Assembly: GCA_033763315.1 (NCBI GenBank)
Contig: JANRKS010000019.1
Coordinates: forward strand, 64,001-128,000
DNA from: Deltaproteobacteria bacterium
Lineage (GTDB): Bacteria > Myxococcota_A > Polyangia > Fen-1088
Reading direction: 5' to 3'
Length of the DNA stretch: 64,000 nucleotides
The notes beneath the pieces were generated by a model, which was not told the DNA's origin, did no database searches, and was given only the letters and a program-made list of their open reading frames with translations. The position numbers and the translations under genes were made by a program. This document shows positions 40,719-49,428 of this stretch, one piece after another. Within the stretch, counting starts at the first letter, position 1; the number at the start of each line of letters is the position of its first letter.

Positions 40719-40955
40719 ATGCGCACCACGGTCGACCTTCCCGATGCTCTTCTGGAACGTGCCCGGCCACTGTTGGCAGCACGCCACATGACGCTCACGT
40801 CGCTATTTGTTCAAGCACTTGAGCAACTGGTTTGTGCTGAAGCGCCCTCGTTTAAGCTACGTGACTCCACGGACGGATACCCCGCGGGTGATCAACAGGT
40901 GTCGAGTGAGCAGATCAATCTCGCCGTCGATGAATTTAACGAGCCGGCACGTTGA
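40719..40955 (+). CDS. VapB-like ribbon-helix-helix antitoxin
   Basis: MRTTVDLPDALLERAR...TLTSLFVQAL; TGCAT/ATGC-type palindromes immediately upstream. Confidence 0.75.
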   Translation: MRTTVDLPDALLERARPLLAARHMTLTSLFVQALEQLVCAEAPSFKLRDSTDGYPAGDQQVSSEQINLAVDEFNEPAR

Positions 40956-41045
40956 CCTCCACTTATCACGCTGCTTCTGACGGCGGATCGCGATTTCAGC
41001 CGCTTTCCTGCTTTGAAAACCAGAAACCCGCTGATCGCCACTTAG
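40956..41045 (+). pseudogene. C-terminal remnant of a VapC/PIN toxin
   Basis: Frame without start codon reading ITLLLTADRDFSRFPALKTRNPLIAT*, matching the PIN C-terminal TxDxDF..F.....NP pattern. Confidence 0.72.
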
Positions 41046-41089
41046 ACGGCGGTGGCGGCGAACGACAGTCCGTCGCCGTCGTCCGCACC

Positions 41090-41758
41090 CTAGTTCTTCA
41101 TCTTGCGGTACACACCCACCACGATGCCGATGATGTTCACGCTGCGGAAATCCTTGCGGCGCACGTAGATCGGTTGCATCGCGGCGTTGGCGGGCTGAAA
41201 GCGGATTTTGTCGCCTTCGGGGTAATACCGTTTCACGGTGGCTTCGTCGCCGATCATGGCCACCACGATCTCGCCGGGTTCGGCCTTGAGCTGCTTGCGC
41301 ACGAACACGAAATCTCCGTTGAAGATGCCGTCTTCGATCATGGAATCGCCGGTGACCCGCAATGCAAACACCTCGCGGTTCTCCCCAATGAAGAAGCGAT
41401 CCACCTTGACGGTGCCCTCGGTGTTTTCCACCGCGAGCAACGGTTGACCTGCGGCCACGCGCCCGAGGATGGGGATCTCAACGAAGCCATTGCCGGCCGC
41501 AGGGCTCAGTGAAGCCACAGGACGCAGGGCGCGGGATTTCAAATCCTCCCGCTGCAAGTAGCCCTTCTTTTCAAGCGCGCGCAGATGGTCGTTCACCCCG
41601 TTGGTGGAGCGAATGCCAAAGTGGCTGCCGATCTCACGCAAGGTGGGAGGGTAGCCGCGGCCTTCAATAGACTGGCTGATGAAATCGAGAATCTCGCGCT
41701 GACGATCCGTAAGCGCGTCCCGTTCATCTTCGTCACGAACCAGACTTAACTCGCCCAT
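41090..41758 (-). CDS. lexA: LexA SOS repressor
   Basis: [18 protein letters not shown] cleavage site, GDSM catalytic Ser, TVKR catalytic Lys. Confidence 0.96.
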   Translation of the reverse strand: MGELSLVRDEDERDALTDRQREILDFISQSIEGRGYPPTLREIGSHFGIRSTNGVNDHLRALEKKGYLQREDLKSRALRPVASLSPAAGNGFVEIPILGRVAAGQPLLAVENTEGTVKVDRFFIGENREVFALRVTGDSMIEDGIFNGDFVFVRKQLKAEPGEIVVAMIGDEATVKRYYPEGDKIRFQPANAAMQPIYVRRKDFRSVNIIGIVVGVYRKMKN

Positions 41759-41816
41759 TTGTGCGGCCTCCACATCATCCGTGCCCCGTTCACCGGAACA
41801 ATGTGCCCAGCTATAA

Positions 41817-41850
41817 CTGAACAAACGTATGGTACGGAACGGATGTGGAG
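41817..41850. promoter_or_regulatory. Two tandem Myxococcus-type LexA (SOS) boxes
   Basis: CTGAACAAACGTATGG (41817-41832) and CGGAACGGATGTGGAG (41835-41850) match the 16-nt core of the reverse-complemented M. xanthus consensus CTRHAMRYBYGTTCAGS with 1 and 2 mismatches; located 59-92 bp upstream of lexA. Confidence 0.65.
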
Positions 41851-41947
41851 TGTCAAGTTTTTCAACAACTATCGAACCGCGACGCCCAAAAATAGGGCCA
41901 TCGCGCGGCTTTTAGGTGGTCGCCGGCCACGGGCGTATCGTTAACAG

Positions 41948-43798
41948 GTGACCTCCCGTCCCATGGGCCCTGGCGCCCCGCAGCTGATCCTTCATCTGGA
42001 GTCCCCTAATAAAGGCGGCCAGGGGGACTCGGTTTACCGCACGGTGCAACCGTGCCGAGCGCTGGGGCAGCAGCCGGGCGTGGACGTGATGGCGGGCTCG
42101 TTTCTGTCGCCGCAGGTGCATGCGAAGCTGCTGGTGGCGGATGTCTTGGTGCTTTGTGATGTGGTGGAAGCGGATTTAATTCCCGTCATCAAGACGCGTC
42201 GGCAACGTGGTTTGCCCACGGTCTATGAGATCAACGACGACTTCCAGGCGATGCAGCCATGGAACCCGACGGCGTACTTGGCTCACAACCCGGTGTCGCG
42301 CAGTCTTTCCTCGCGCCTGGCCTCTTTGTGTGATGGCGTGCAGTTTTCAACGCCGTATCTTCAGCAGCGCTTCGCGCATCTGTCCGAGCACACAGCTGTG
42401 TTCACCAACAACCTGTGGTCGCTGCCCTCTGTGTTGTCGCGCCCGGCGAGTGACGTGGTGCGGGTGGGGTGGGGCGGCTCGTTGGGGCATCGCGCGGATC
42501 TCGAAACGTTGGTGAACGTGATGGGGCCGGTGCTGCAAACGCATGCGCAGGTGCAATTTTGCGTGATGGGTGATGAATCGTTCCGGTTGTTGTGCGAACG
42601 CCTTCCGCAGGGGCGTTGGTCGTGGCGCCCCGGCGGGCCCTTAACGGATTACTTTGCGTTTTTGTCTACGCTCGACATCGGCTTGTGCCCGCTGTTGCCC
42701 ACCGATTTCAACCTGGGGCGCTCGGATGTGAAGTTCCTTGAGTGCGCGGCATTCGCTGTGCCTTGCGTGGCCGCTGCCTTGCCGCCTTACCAGGCAAGCC
42801 TTTTGCCTGGAACAACGGGGCTTGTTTACACAAACGAGAAGGAGCTTTTCGCGGCGTTGGAGGAGCTCATTGTGAACCCAGGCCAGCGGCAGTCGATGGG
42901 CCAGGCCGCGCGCGCTTACGTTGAGCGGCACCGTATCGAATCACCGCATGCCTTGGATCGCCTGGCCTTTATGGAAGCGTGCCGTACACGCGCACAAGCG
43001 GGAGCGACGGATGTGTCTTGTGAAGTGTGGCGTGGCTTTGCGGAGCATGAGGCGCCTTCGTATGGCGACAGCACGCTCCGCATGCTGGGCGCCGATGGCG
43101 TGGTGGCGCCTTTGCTGGAAGGTCTTGCGGCATTGCGCGATGGCGACAATCAGACCGCCTGCGCGGCTTTCACGGCGGCCACACGTATGGCGCCACAGTT
43201 TTATGTACCGTGGCTCTACGCGGGCAGCGCCGAGCTTGATCATCATCGCGCGTTGGCGGCGTTGAACGAAGCGTTGAAGCTGCACACGTCACCATCGACG
43301 TTGGTGATGCGCGCAGATCGATGGCAAGCGGTTGGCAACCATGATGCGGCGAAAAGGGATCTCGCGGCGGCGGCAGATGTGGCGCCGGAGATGGGCTTGC
43401 CATTTGCACGTTTGGCAGAGTTCGCCGACCAAGAAGGCGACACCGTGGGTGCGGTAGCGCAAGAAGCGCGCGCGTTGGCGCACAACCCTTACTTCGCGCT
43501 GCCTCACGCGCGTCGCGTGCTCAACGCTCTTGAACGCGGTGAATCGCCTGATCTGCAAGCGCTGCAGCGGTGCCTGGCATGCGACGATCGCTATTGGGCC
43601 ACGCGCTTTGCTTTGGGGGCCCATGCGCTGCGCGCGCAGAATCTTGCGGATGCTCGCGCACACTTTGTGGCGGCGCTGGCGTATGCCCCCGATGCGGCGC
43701 CGGTGTGTGCACAACTGGCGCGGGTGGAAGCCAGCGCGGGCGATATGGTGGCAGCGCGACAGTGGCTTGAGCGGGCAAAGGACGCCGCTGCGGGCTGA
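41948..43798 (+). CDS. GT-B (GT4-like) glycosyltransferase fused to TPR-like repeats
   Basis: YEINDD, GWGGSLGH, DIGLCPL..FNLGRSDVKFLE; Ala-rich helical C-terminal half with A...P repeat ends. Confidence 0.8.
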   Translation: MTSRPMGPGAPQLILHLESPNKGGQGDSVYRTVQPCRALGQQPGVDVMAGSFLSPQVHAKLLVADVLVLCDVVEADLIPVIKTRRQRGLPTVYEINDDFQAMQPWNPTAYLAHNPVSRSLSSRLASLCDGVQFSTPYLQQRFAHLSEHTAVFTNNLWSLPSVLSRPASDVVRVGWGGSLGHRADLETLVNVMGPVLQTHAQVQFCVMGDESFRLLCERLPQGRWSWRPGGPLTDYFAFLSTLDIGLCPLLPTDFNLGRSDVKFLECAAFAVPCVAAALPPYQASLLPGTTGLVYTNEKELFAALEELIVNPGQRQSMGQAARAYVERHRIESPHALDRLAFMEACRTRAQAGATDVSCEVWRGFAEHEAPSYGDSTLRMLGADGVVAPLLEGLAALRDGDNQTACAAFTAATRMAPQFYVPWLYAGSAELDHHRALAALNEALKLHTSPSTLVMRADRWQAVGNHDAAKRDLAAAADVAPEMGLPFARLAEFADQEGDTVGAVAQEARALAHNPYFALPHARRVLNALERGESPDLQALQRCLACDDRYWATRFALGAHALRAQNLADARAHFVAALAYAPDAAPVCAQLARVEASAGDMVAARQWLERAKDAAAG

Positions 43799-44100
43799 CG
43801 TGGTCTGGTGCGCGATCGGTGCGCAGACTTCATACAGTGCGCAAGAGTTGTTTCGGCGTTGCAGGCAAAGCTCGCGTGGATGCGTGATTTGCCCGCCACA
43901 ATTCCGCGACGGGGCCCGCCCTAAGCCCACACCTGGAACGCTGTAGGAACAGAAGTCGGCGCGTCGTAAGCCCGCGTGCAACAAAAGCGGCCGCTATAGC
44001 ACCACCCCATCCCATGCCGGTGACCCACATGGGCGCTAGGCCCTTGCGCCTAACGTTGCAAACACCACCCGCCGATGATGTTGCGGGGGCGGCGACGATA

Positions 44101-46770
44101 ATGAGGTATTACCGGGTTAATCCGCAGAAACTGACGTTTCGGGAGTACTGGAGAAGCAAGAAGTCGTGGAAGGAGGCTTGGGCAGTCCCCATTGCGTGGC
44201 TGTTTCCTTCGCTGCAGCCAACGCAGGTGTTTCGCCACTTCGAATCGATCAAAGAGCTTGAAATTGAGGAGGCCGCCTTTCCTGCCGTGGCTCGCGCGAA
44301 GCTACAAACGGCCCTTGAGACGGCACACCAGCTAGGTTTCCACTCGCCACGTTATTATAGGTTCTCAAGCACACGCGGTGAAACCTCAACCTCGTTCATC
44401 GTTTTGTTGCATCCCAGTGGGCGCTTCATTTTGCGCCTAATTCACGTCTTGTCGAACTTCACCGTTCCACCTGCGGAAAATCGCGTGATCACGATCGCCA
44501 GCGTGTTCAGCGATGGCACCGAGCTGCACACCGGCGATCAGCCGCCCCGACTTCAGCCCCGGCCGGAGACGATCAACAATCCGCAGCCCGGACAGCCCCT
44601 TGAGGCTCTCATGTTCGCCCATGAAAGGGTTTTGGAAGAGCTCTCGGCTAGCAAGAAGCCTCAGCCCATCGACTCGATCGAGGCGATGGAGTCGGCATGC
44701 AACCGCATCGAGCAAGGCGGCATTGAATTTGGTTTGAAGCGTGGCCTCACGGTGTGGCTGACGCCGCAAGAGGTGCAGGCAGAGCAGCGCACCGCTGGCG
44801 GTCTTTCCGCGATGAAAGAGGAGGGCTTGCTGCACACTGAGGTGCTCGCGGCACTAGAGCCCTTGCAACGTGCCAAGCCGTCGTCGCGCTCAATGCTGAT
44901 ATTGATGGCGTCGCTGATGTTTTTCATCGCCGTTGGCGTGCAGGGATCTGTTTGGAGTTACCTTTTGATCCTTGTGCCCGTGCTGCTGTTTCACGAGCTT
45001 GGCCACTACCTCGCCATGCGCGCCTTCAATTACAGCAACGTGCGCATGTTCTTCATTCCCTTCGTGGGAGCGGCTGTCACGGGCAAACATTACAACGTTG
45101 CCGCGTGGAAGAAGGTCGTTGTATCGCTGATGGGGCCCTTGCCGGGTTTGCTATTGGGCGCGGCGCTTGGCGGGGTTGGACTTGTGCTTCACAACCCCTT
45201 GCTGACGAAGATTGGGCTTGTGGCCGTGACGATCAACGGCTTTAACCTCATTCCGATCTTGCCACTCGACGGCGGGTGGATCGTTCACGCTTTGCTGCTC
45301 TCGCGCCATCCACTTCTGGATGTAGGCTTTCAAGTCGTTGCCTGTGCCGCGTTGCTTGCCTTTGGTGTGTTCAGCCAAGCCAAGATCTTTGTGTTCTTGG
45401 CCGTAATCATGGCGGTGGCGATTCCGGTGTCGTTCCGTTTGGCAAGGGTCACGGCAAAGCTGCGTAAATATGATCTGAAGGAAGTGTCTGATGACGATCA
45501 GACCATCCCTCGTGACACGGCTCAGGCGATCATCGGCGAGATCAAGACCGCGTTTCCCACCGGCCAAACCACCAAATCGCTGGCCGAAAAGACGCTGCTC
45601 GTGTTCGCAAAATTGAACGCGCGACCTTCGGGGGTGGTGGCAAGCGTGGCGCTGCTATTGGTTCAACTCGTGGGGCTTGTTGTGGCTGTGGCCTTCACAG
45701 TGGTGTTGGCCGTTGGTAGCAAAAACCCTGGCTTTGCCGCAGGCCTTCCAGACGGCAGCAATGGCATGCAGTTTGAACACCGCCTGGAGTGTGGGCCCAC
45801 GCGGGTGTGGGCGGGCGCGCACGCTGAGCCACGCATTGATGCGCCTCAGCTCATCGCAACGTTCAAAGAGCAAAGCCTGGCGCAACATGCCTTTGGATCC
45901 TGGTCATCTCGGCTGCCGCAAACGGCGAAACTCGCGCTGTTTGGGGACACCCTTCTTGTGGCGCTTCCTGAAGGCCAGGACGCACTTCGAAACGACGTTC
46001 TTGGGCAACTCTCTGCACAAGCCCAAGATGCGTTTTGGGACACAGATGACTTTAAGGGGCACCTGTCGGTGTTGTGCGTGGCTCGAACAGAGCGGGACGC
46101 CGAAGAGATTGCACAAGAGTTGGGCGGCTATCTCAATTTTCTCAAAGGTTCTTACCTCGTGCCGCCGTGGTTGCCCGAAGGGCTGGGCGTGTCTTCACCG
46201 CCGGAGCACATCTTGGCTCGCAAGACCTTCGCGAAGCTGCGCGCTTCCCGGTGGGCCGATATTCCGGTGCAAAGCGCCGAGCGCAACGCCGTCTACGAGC
46301 AACTGACAAAAGCACGCAAGCGCGGCGACAACGAAGGCATCAAGGGGCTGAGCAAGCAACTCGAGAGCTTGCGAGTGGAGGATAGGCGCAAAGCGATCCA
46401 ATCCATCCGACGAGGCGAAAAAGGGCCTGTCGATCGGGAGGCGATCGATCTCTACGTGGCTCTCTTTGAAAGTGGCACTTCGCCCACCATCGAAACTGAC
46501 GGTGCAACGGATCTAGCGTCGCGTCTCGGACAGATGCCGCTCGAGAATGGAAGCCCTTCAGCTGACCTTCATCGCTATTCAGCGATTGGAGGTTTTGTGC
46601 ACAACGAAGGCAAGCGAGTGAGCGTTCTCGGACCGGGCTTCACGCGGGTTGCTGATGGCGCGCCGGCGCTTGCCGAATGGCTGTGCAGCCGCGGCTGCAC
46701 AGATCTGCAATATCAATTTCGCGGCTCACCAACAGGAGAGGGTGTGGAGGAGGATGTCGATGATGAGTGA
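44101..46770 (+). CDS. Multi-domain site-2 (M50) intramembrane metalloprotease
   Basis: HELGH, MGP, FNLIPILPLDGG in a central TM block flanked by large soluble domains; ATG 44101 chosen. Confidence 0.88.
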   Translation: MRYYRVNPQKLTFREYWRSKKSWKEAWAVPIAWLFPSLQPTQVFRHFESIKELEIEEAAFPAVARAKLQTALETAHQLGFHSPRYYRFSSTRGETSTSFIVLLHPSGRFILRLIHVLSNFTVPPAENRVITIASVFSDGTELHTGDQPPRLQPRPETINNPQPGQPLEALMFAHERVLEELSASKKPQPIDSIEAMESACNRIEQGGIEFGLKRGLTVWLTPQEVQAEQRTAGGLSAMKEEGLLHTEVLAALEPLQRAKPSSRSMLILMASLMFFIAVGVQGSVWSYLLILVPVLLFHELGHYLAMRAFNYSNVRMFFIPFVGAAVTGKHYNVAAWKKVVVSLMGPLPGLLLGAALGGVGLVLHNPLLTKIGLVAVTINGFNLIPILPLDGGWIVHALLLSRHPLLDVGFQVVACAALLAFGVFSQAKIFVFLAVIMAVAIPVSFRLARVTAKLRKYDLKEVSDDDQTIPRDTAQAIIGEIKTAFPTGQTTKSLAEKTLLVFAKLNARPSGVVASVALLLVQLVGLVVAVAFTVVLAVGSKNPGFAAGLPDGSNGMQFEHRLECGPTRVWAGAHAEPRIDAPQLIATFKEQSLAQHAFGSWSSRLPQTAKLALFGDTLLVALPEGQDALRNDVLGQLSAQAQDAFWDTDDFKGHLSVLCVARTERDAEEIAQELGGYLNFLKGSYLVPPWLPEGLGVSSPPEHILARKTFAKLRASRWADIPVQSAERNAVYEQLTKARKRGDNEGIKGLSKQLESLRVEDRRKAIQSIRRGEKGPVDREAIDLYVALFESGTSPTIETDGATDLASRLGQMPLENGSPSADLHRYSAIGGFVHNEGKRVSVLGPGFTRVADGAPALAEWLCSRGCTDLQYQFRGSPTGEGVEEDVDDE

Positions 46771-47770
46771 GGCGTGTTTGCCACAAAGTGAAGGTGAACG
46801 TGTTTTTCGCTCGCCCAATGGTTTGCAGCGGCTGGCGCGGCGAAAGCAGCTCCTCGGCATCGCTGGCTTCATTGGCGGCGCCGTGGGCTTTTTTGTTGTC
46901 ACGCGCATTTCAAGAGCGGATCCAATCACGATTCAGCTCGTCACGACGTTACCCGTGCTGCTAGGCCTGCGCAGTTTCACGGCGGGGCGATCCTTGGCAC
47001 GGACGCCACTGACGGTTGGTGTCGGGGCCTCGGGGGTTCGTGTTGAGACGGCACGCGGCTCGCAGCTCCATACATGGGGCGAGATCGGTTGGTCGTCCTT
47101 TGGGACTTCCGCTTTTGGGGGAAAGACCAAACGAGTACGGCTTTACGATGTCAGAGGAAAGAGCTTGGTTGAATTCGCCGACGTGATCGGAAACATCGAA
47201 GAGATCAACAAGCTCGTGTCGGCTGGCATCGCAGCTAAGGGCGACGACACCGCCGATCGGATCCGCAAACGCAAGGCCAAACCCCTCGCGCTCTTCGTTT
47301 TGCTGGCGGGGCTCGGTGCACTGGCATTAGGCCTTGCCGCCGCAAACGAGGTGAGCGCTGATATCCGAAACCAACGTCGCTTGGCAGACATGGGCGTTCG
47401 TGGCACGGCCGAGATCCTTGAGCTGCGGTTGGCTCCCAACGGCATTACGCCGCGACTGATCTACAAAGTGGTGGCCGCTTCGGGAAAAGCGGGGACACGC
47501 AACGTGCAAATTGATCGTCGGCTGTGGGACGCTCTCGCAAACGTCAAGCGCATTCCCGTGTTCTATGTGCCTGATGATCCGGAGGTCAGCTCGCTTGCGT
47601 TCGGCGAAGTAAATCCTGACGTGGCGACAACTTCCAGCTACATCCCACCGGCCATCCTCGGGCTCATGGGCGTGGCCTTCATCATCGTCGCCGCATTCGT
47701 GCACCGAGGCTTCGACATTCGTTTTGATACTGAAACCAAACGGTTCTCTCTCAAGAAGTTCGGACAGTAG
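46760..47770 (+). CDS. Hypothetical membrane protein (PH-like and DUF3592-like regions)
   Basis: Four TM segments; GVRGTAEI...IPVFYVPDDP pattern; overlaps the M50 gene stop. Confidence 0.6.
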   Translation: MMSEACLPQSEGERVFRSPNGLQRLARRKQLLGIAGFIGGAVGFFVVTRISRADPITIQLVTTLPVLLGLRSFTAGRSLARTPLTVGVGASGVRVETARGSQLHTWGEIGWSSFGTSAFGGKTKRVRLYDVRGKSLVEFADVIGNIEEINKLVSAGIAAKGDDTADRIRKRKAKPLALFVLLAGLGALALGLAAANEVSADIRNQRRLADMGVRGTAEILELRLAPNGITPRLIYKVVAASGKAGTRNVQIDRRLWDALANVKRIPVFYVPDDPEVSSLAFGEVNPDVATTSSYIPPAILGLMGVAFIIVAAFVHRGFDIRFDTETKRFSLKKFGQ

Positions 47771-47856
47771 GGGGGCCGCGACTGGAGGATGAAACTGATC
47801 ATGTGGGCTCTTGTGAGCGGGCGTTGCCTGCTTTCGATATCAAGAGGGCAACTGGG

Positions 47857-48273
47857 ATGATGGTTATCGTTCGTGCATTCCGTTCCAGTGACACGTGGGT
47901 CGAGTTCGACCCCAATATGGGCCACTTCAGGACACTTGCGAAGGTGCAAGTCGACCGTGTTTGGGAGGGCCAGGGCTTGGTGCGCGGGAATCGCGGTCTG
48001 GCCTGGTATTGGCAAGGAGATTCACCGTTCTTTACGGCCAATGCGAGGACGTGGAACCTGGACGACCCCAGCCTTCGCTATATGTACGTGAAGCTCGGCT
48101 GCGTTGAGTTGCTCAAAATTCGCAACAGTGTTCATTCAGGCGTCTACTGGAATCGCATACTGCGATGGCCCTGGCGTTTCGATCCGACATTCGATGGTAT
48201 CGATGCGGACGCAGACAGCTTTTTAGGCACGCCAGCGAGGATCGTGCGAAACCGGCGAAAATTGCGGAAATGA
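47857..48273 (+). CDS. Hypothetical Trp-rich protein
   Basis: 138 aa from ATG 47857 within track ORF 47803..48273. Confidence 0.5.
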   Translation: MMVIVRAFRSSDTWVEFDPNMGHFRTLAKVQVDRVWEGQGLVRGNRGLAWYWQGDSPFFTANARTWNLDDPSLRYMYVKLGCVELLKIRNSVHSGVYWNRILRWPWRFDPTFDGIDADADSFLGTPARIVRNRRKLRK

Positions 48274-48521
48274 TCATTGATGGTTCGCTTTCTAGAGACG
48301 CTGAGTGGTGCCCAGTACGCCCACGATTTTTGTGGGCATCTGGCCGCTGATTGACGCAACGAGATTTGAGGAATCCTATGAACATCGGCTTTCGCGTGGT
48401 GATGGAACCAAGTATGCGAGGGCGTTCGCGACGCTTCGGCGGGACCCCAAGTTTTCTCCGCCTTCGGGCATGCAATTGTGCGGCTTGCACGTCGGCCGCC
48501 TGTCGCCCTTACTTCGGGGGC

Positions 48522-49358
48522 ATGCATCAAAAAAAAGCGCTCTTGTCGTGGTTGCTCATCGCGGCGGCTTGGCCGGCCCAAGGATCGCCAGCGGCGCCCC
48601 CTTGGCCCTTTTCCGCGACCATCGCCAAGAAGCTGCAGCAGCGTGCGGCAGTCGACGCACACACGCCCGTCACGCGCACGATCGCCCTGGGCAAGGGTGA
48701 GCGGATCGTGTTCAAGTTGATCCCACCAGGGCGGTTTGTGATTGGTTCCCCTCCTGACGAATCAGGGCACGAACCAGATGAAGAGCAGCGCTGGGCCGAA
48801 GTGGCTGACCCCTACTACGTGGCAACCACCGTTCTTACGAAAGGCCAATGGGAAGCGGCGGCGGGTGCCGTGAGCGATGAGTATGCGGCCCTGCACAGCG
48901 AGCAACCCATGCCGTTTCGATTCGATGACGTTTCTTCGCGCGTGCTTCCTGCGCTGCAAGCCTTCGCGCCCGTTGGTTGGCGTTTTGTGCTGATGGGGGA
49001 CGAGCCATTTGAGTTTGCCACGCGTGCCGGGGCCGCAACGATCTACCCAACCGGCACCAACCTCAAAGACTTTGAACGTATGGCTTGGTGCAAGGGCAAT
49101 TCAGGCGGGCGGGTTCACGAGGTGGCGCAATTGCAGCCCAATGCCTTTGGTCTTTACGACATGCTCGGCAACATGTGGCAGTGGGTGGATGCCGAGTTTG
49201 TGCGTGACAAAACAGCGCACATCGTACGTGGGGGATCCTTTGATGTCCCCGCAAAGAAGAATGGATGTCGCAGCGCGAACCGCATGATCTCGCGCGTGCC
49301 CGTGGCTTATAGGCCCGCACTTGTGCGCGTAAAGGCACCGAGCGCCAAGGTCGACTAA
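48522..49358 (+). CDS. Secreted formylglycine-generating-enzyme (SUMF1/CLec-fold) family protein
   Basis: Signal peptide; IPPGRFVIGS, EFATRAG, PNAFGLYDMLGNMWQW, RGGSF. Confidence 0.85.
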   Translation: MHQKKALLSWLLIAAAWPAQGSPAAPPWPFSATIAKKLQQRAAVDAHTPVTRTIALGKGERIVFKLIPPGRFVIGSPPDESGHEPDEEQRWAEVADPYYVATTVLTKGQWEAAAGAVSDEYAALHSEQPMPFRFDDVSSRVLPALQAFAPVGWRFVLMGDEPFEFATRAGAATIYPTGTNLKDFERMAWCKGNSGGRVHEVAQLQPNAFGLYDMLGNMWQWVDAEFVRDKTAHIVRGGSFDVPAKKNGCRSANRMISRVPVAYRPALVRVKAPSAKVD

Positions 49359-49428
49359 AGCCGTCGCTGCAAAAAGCTTTTGACCCCAGTGGCCGCTCGC
49401 GCGGTCCAAGGAGAAAAGGGGGGCAACG

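Noticed and set aside
40952-41512. 186 aa ORF as the toxin partner of the antitoxin
   Set aside because: Mostly antisense to lexA with no toxin motifs; the true toxin remnant is in another frame
48270-49358. Complete diversity-generating retroelement
   Set aside because: No reverse transcriptase or avd gene and no near-identical TR/VR pair in the window; kept only as a relic observation
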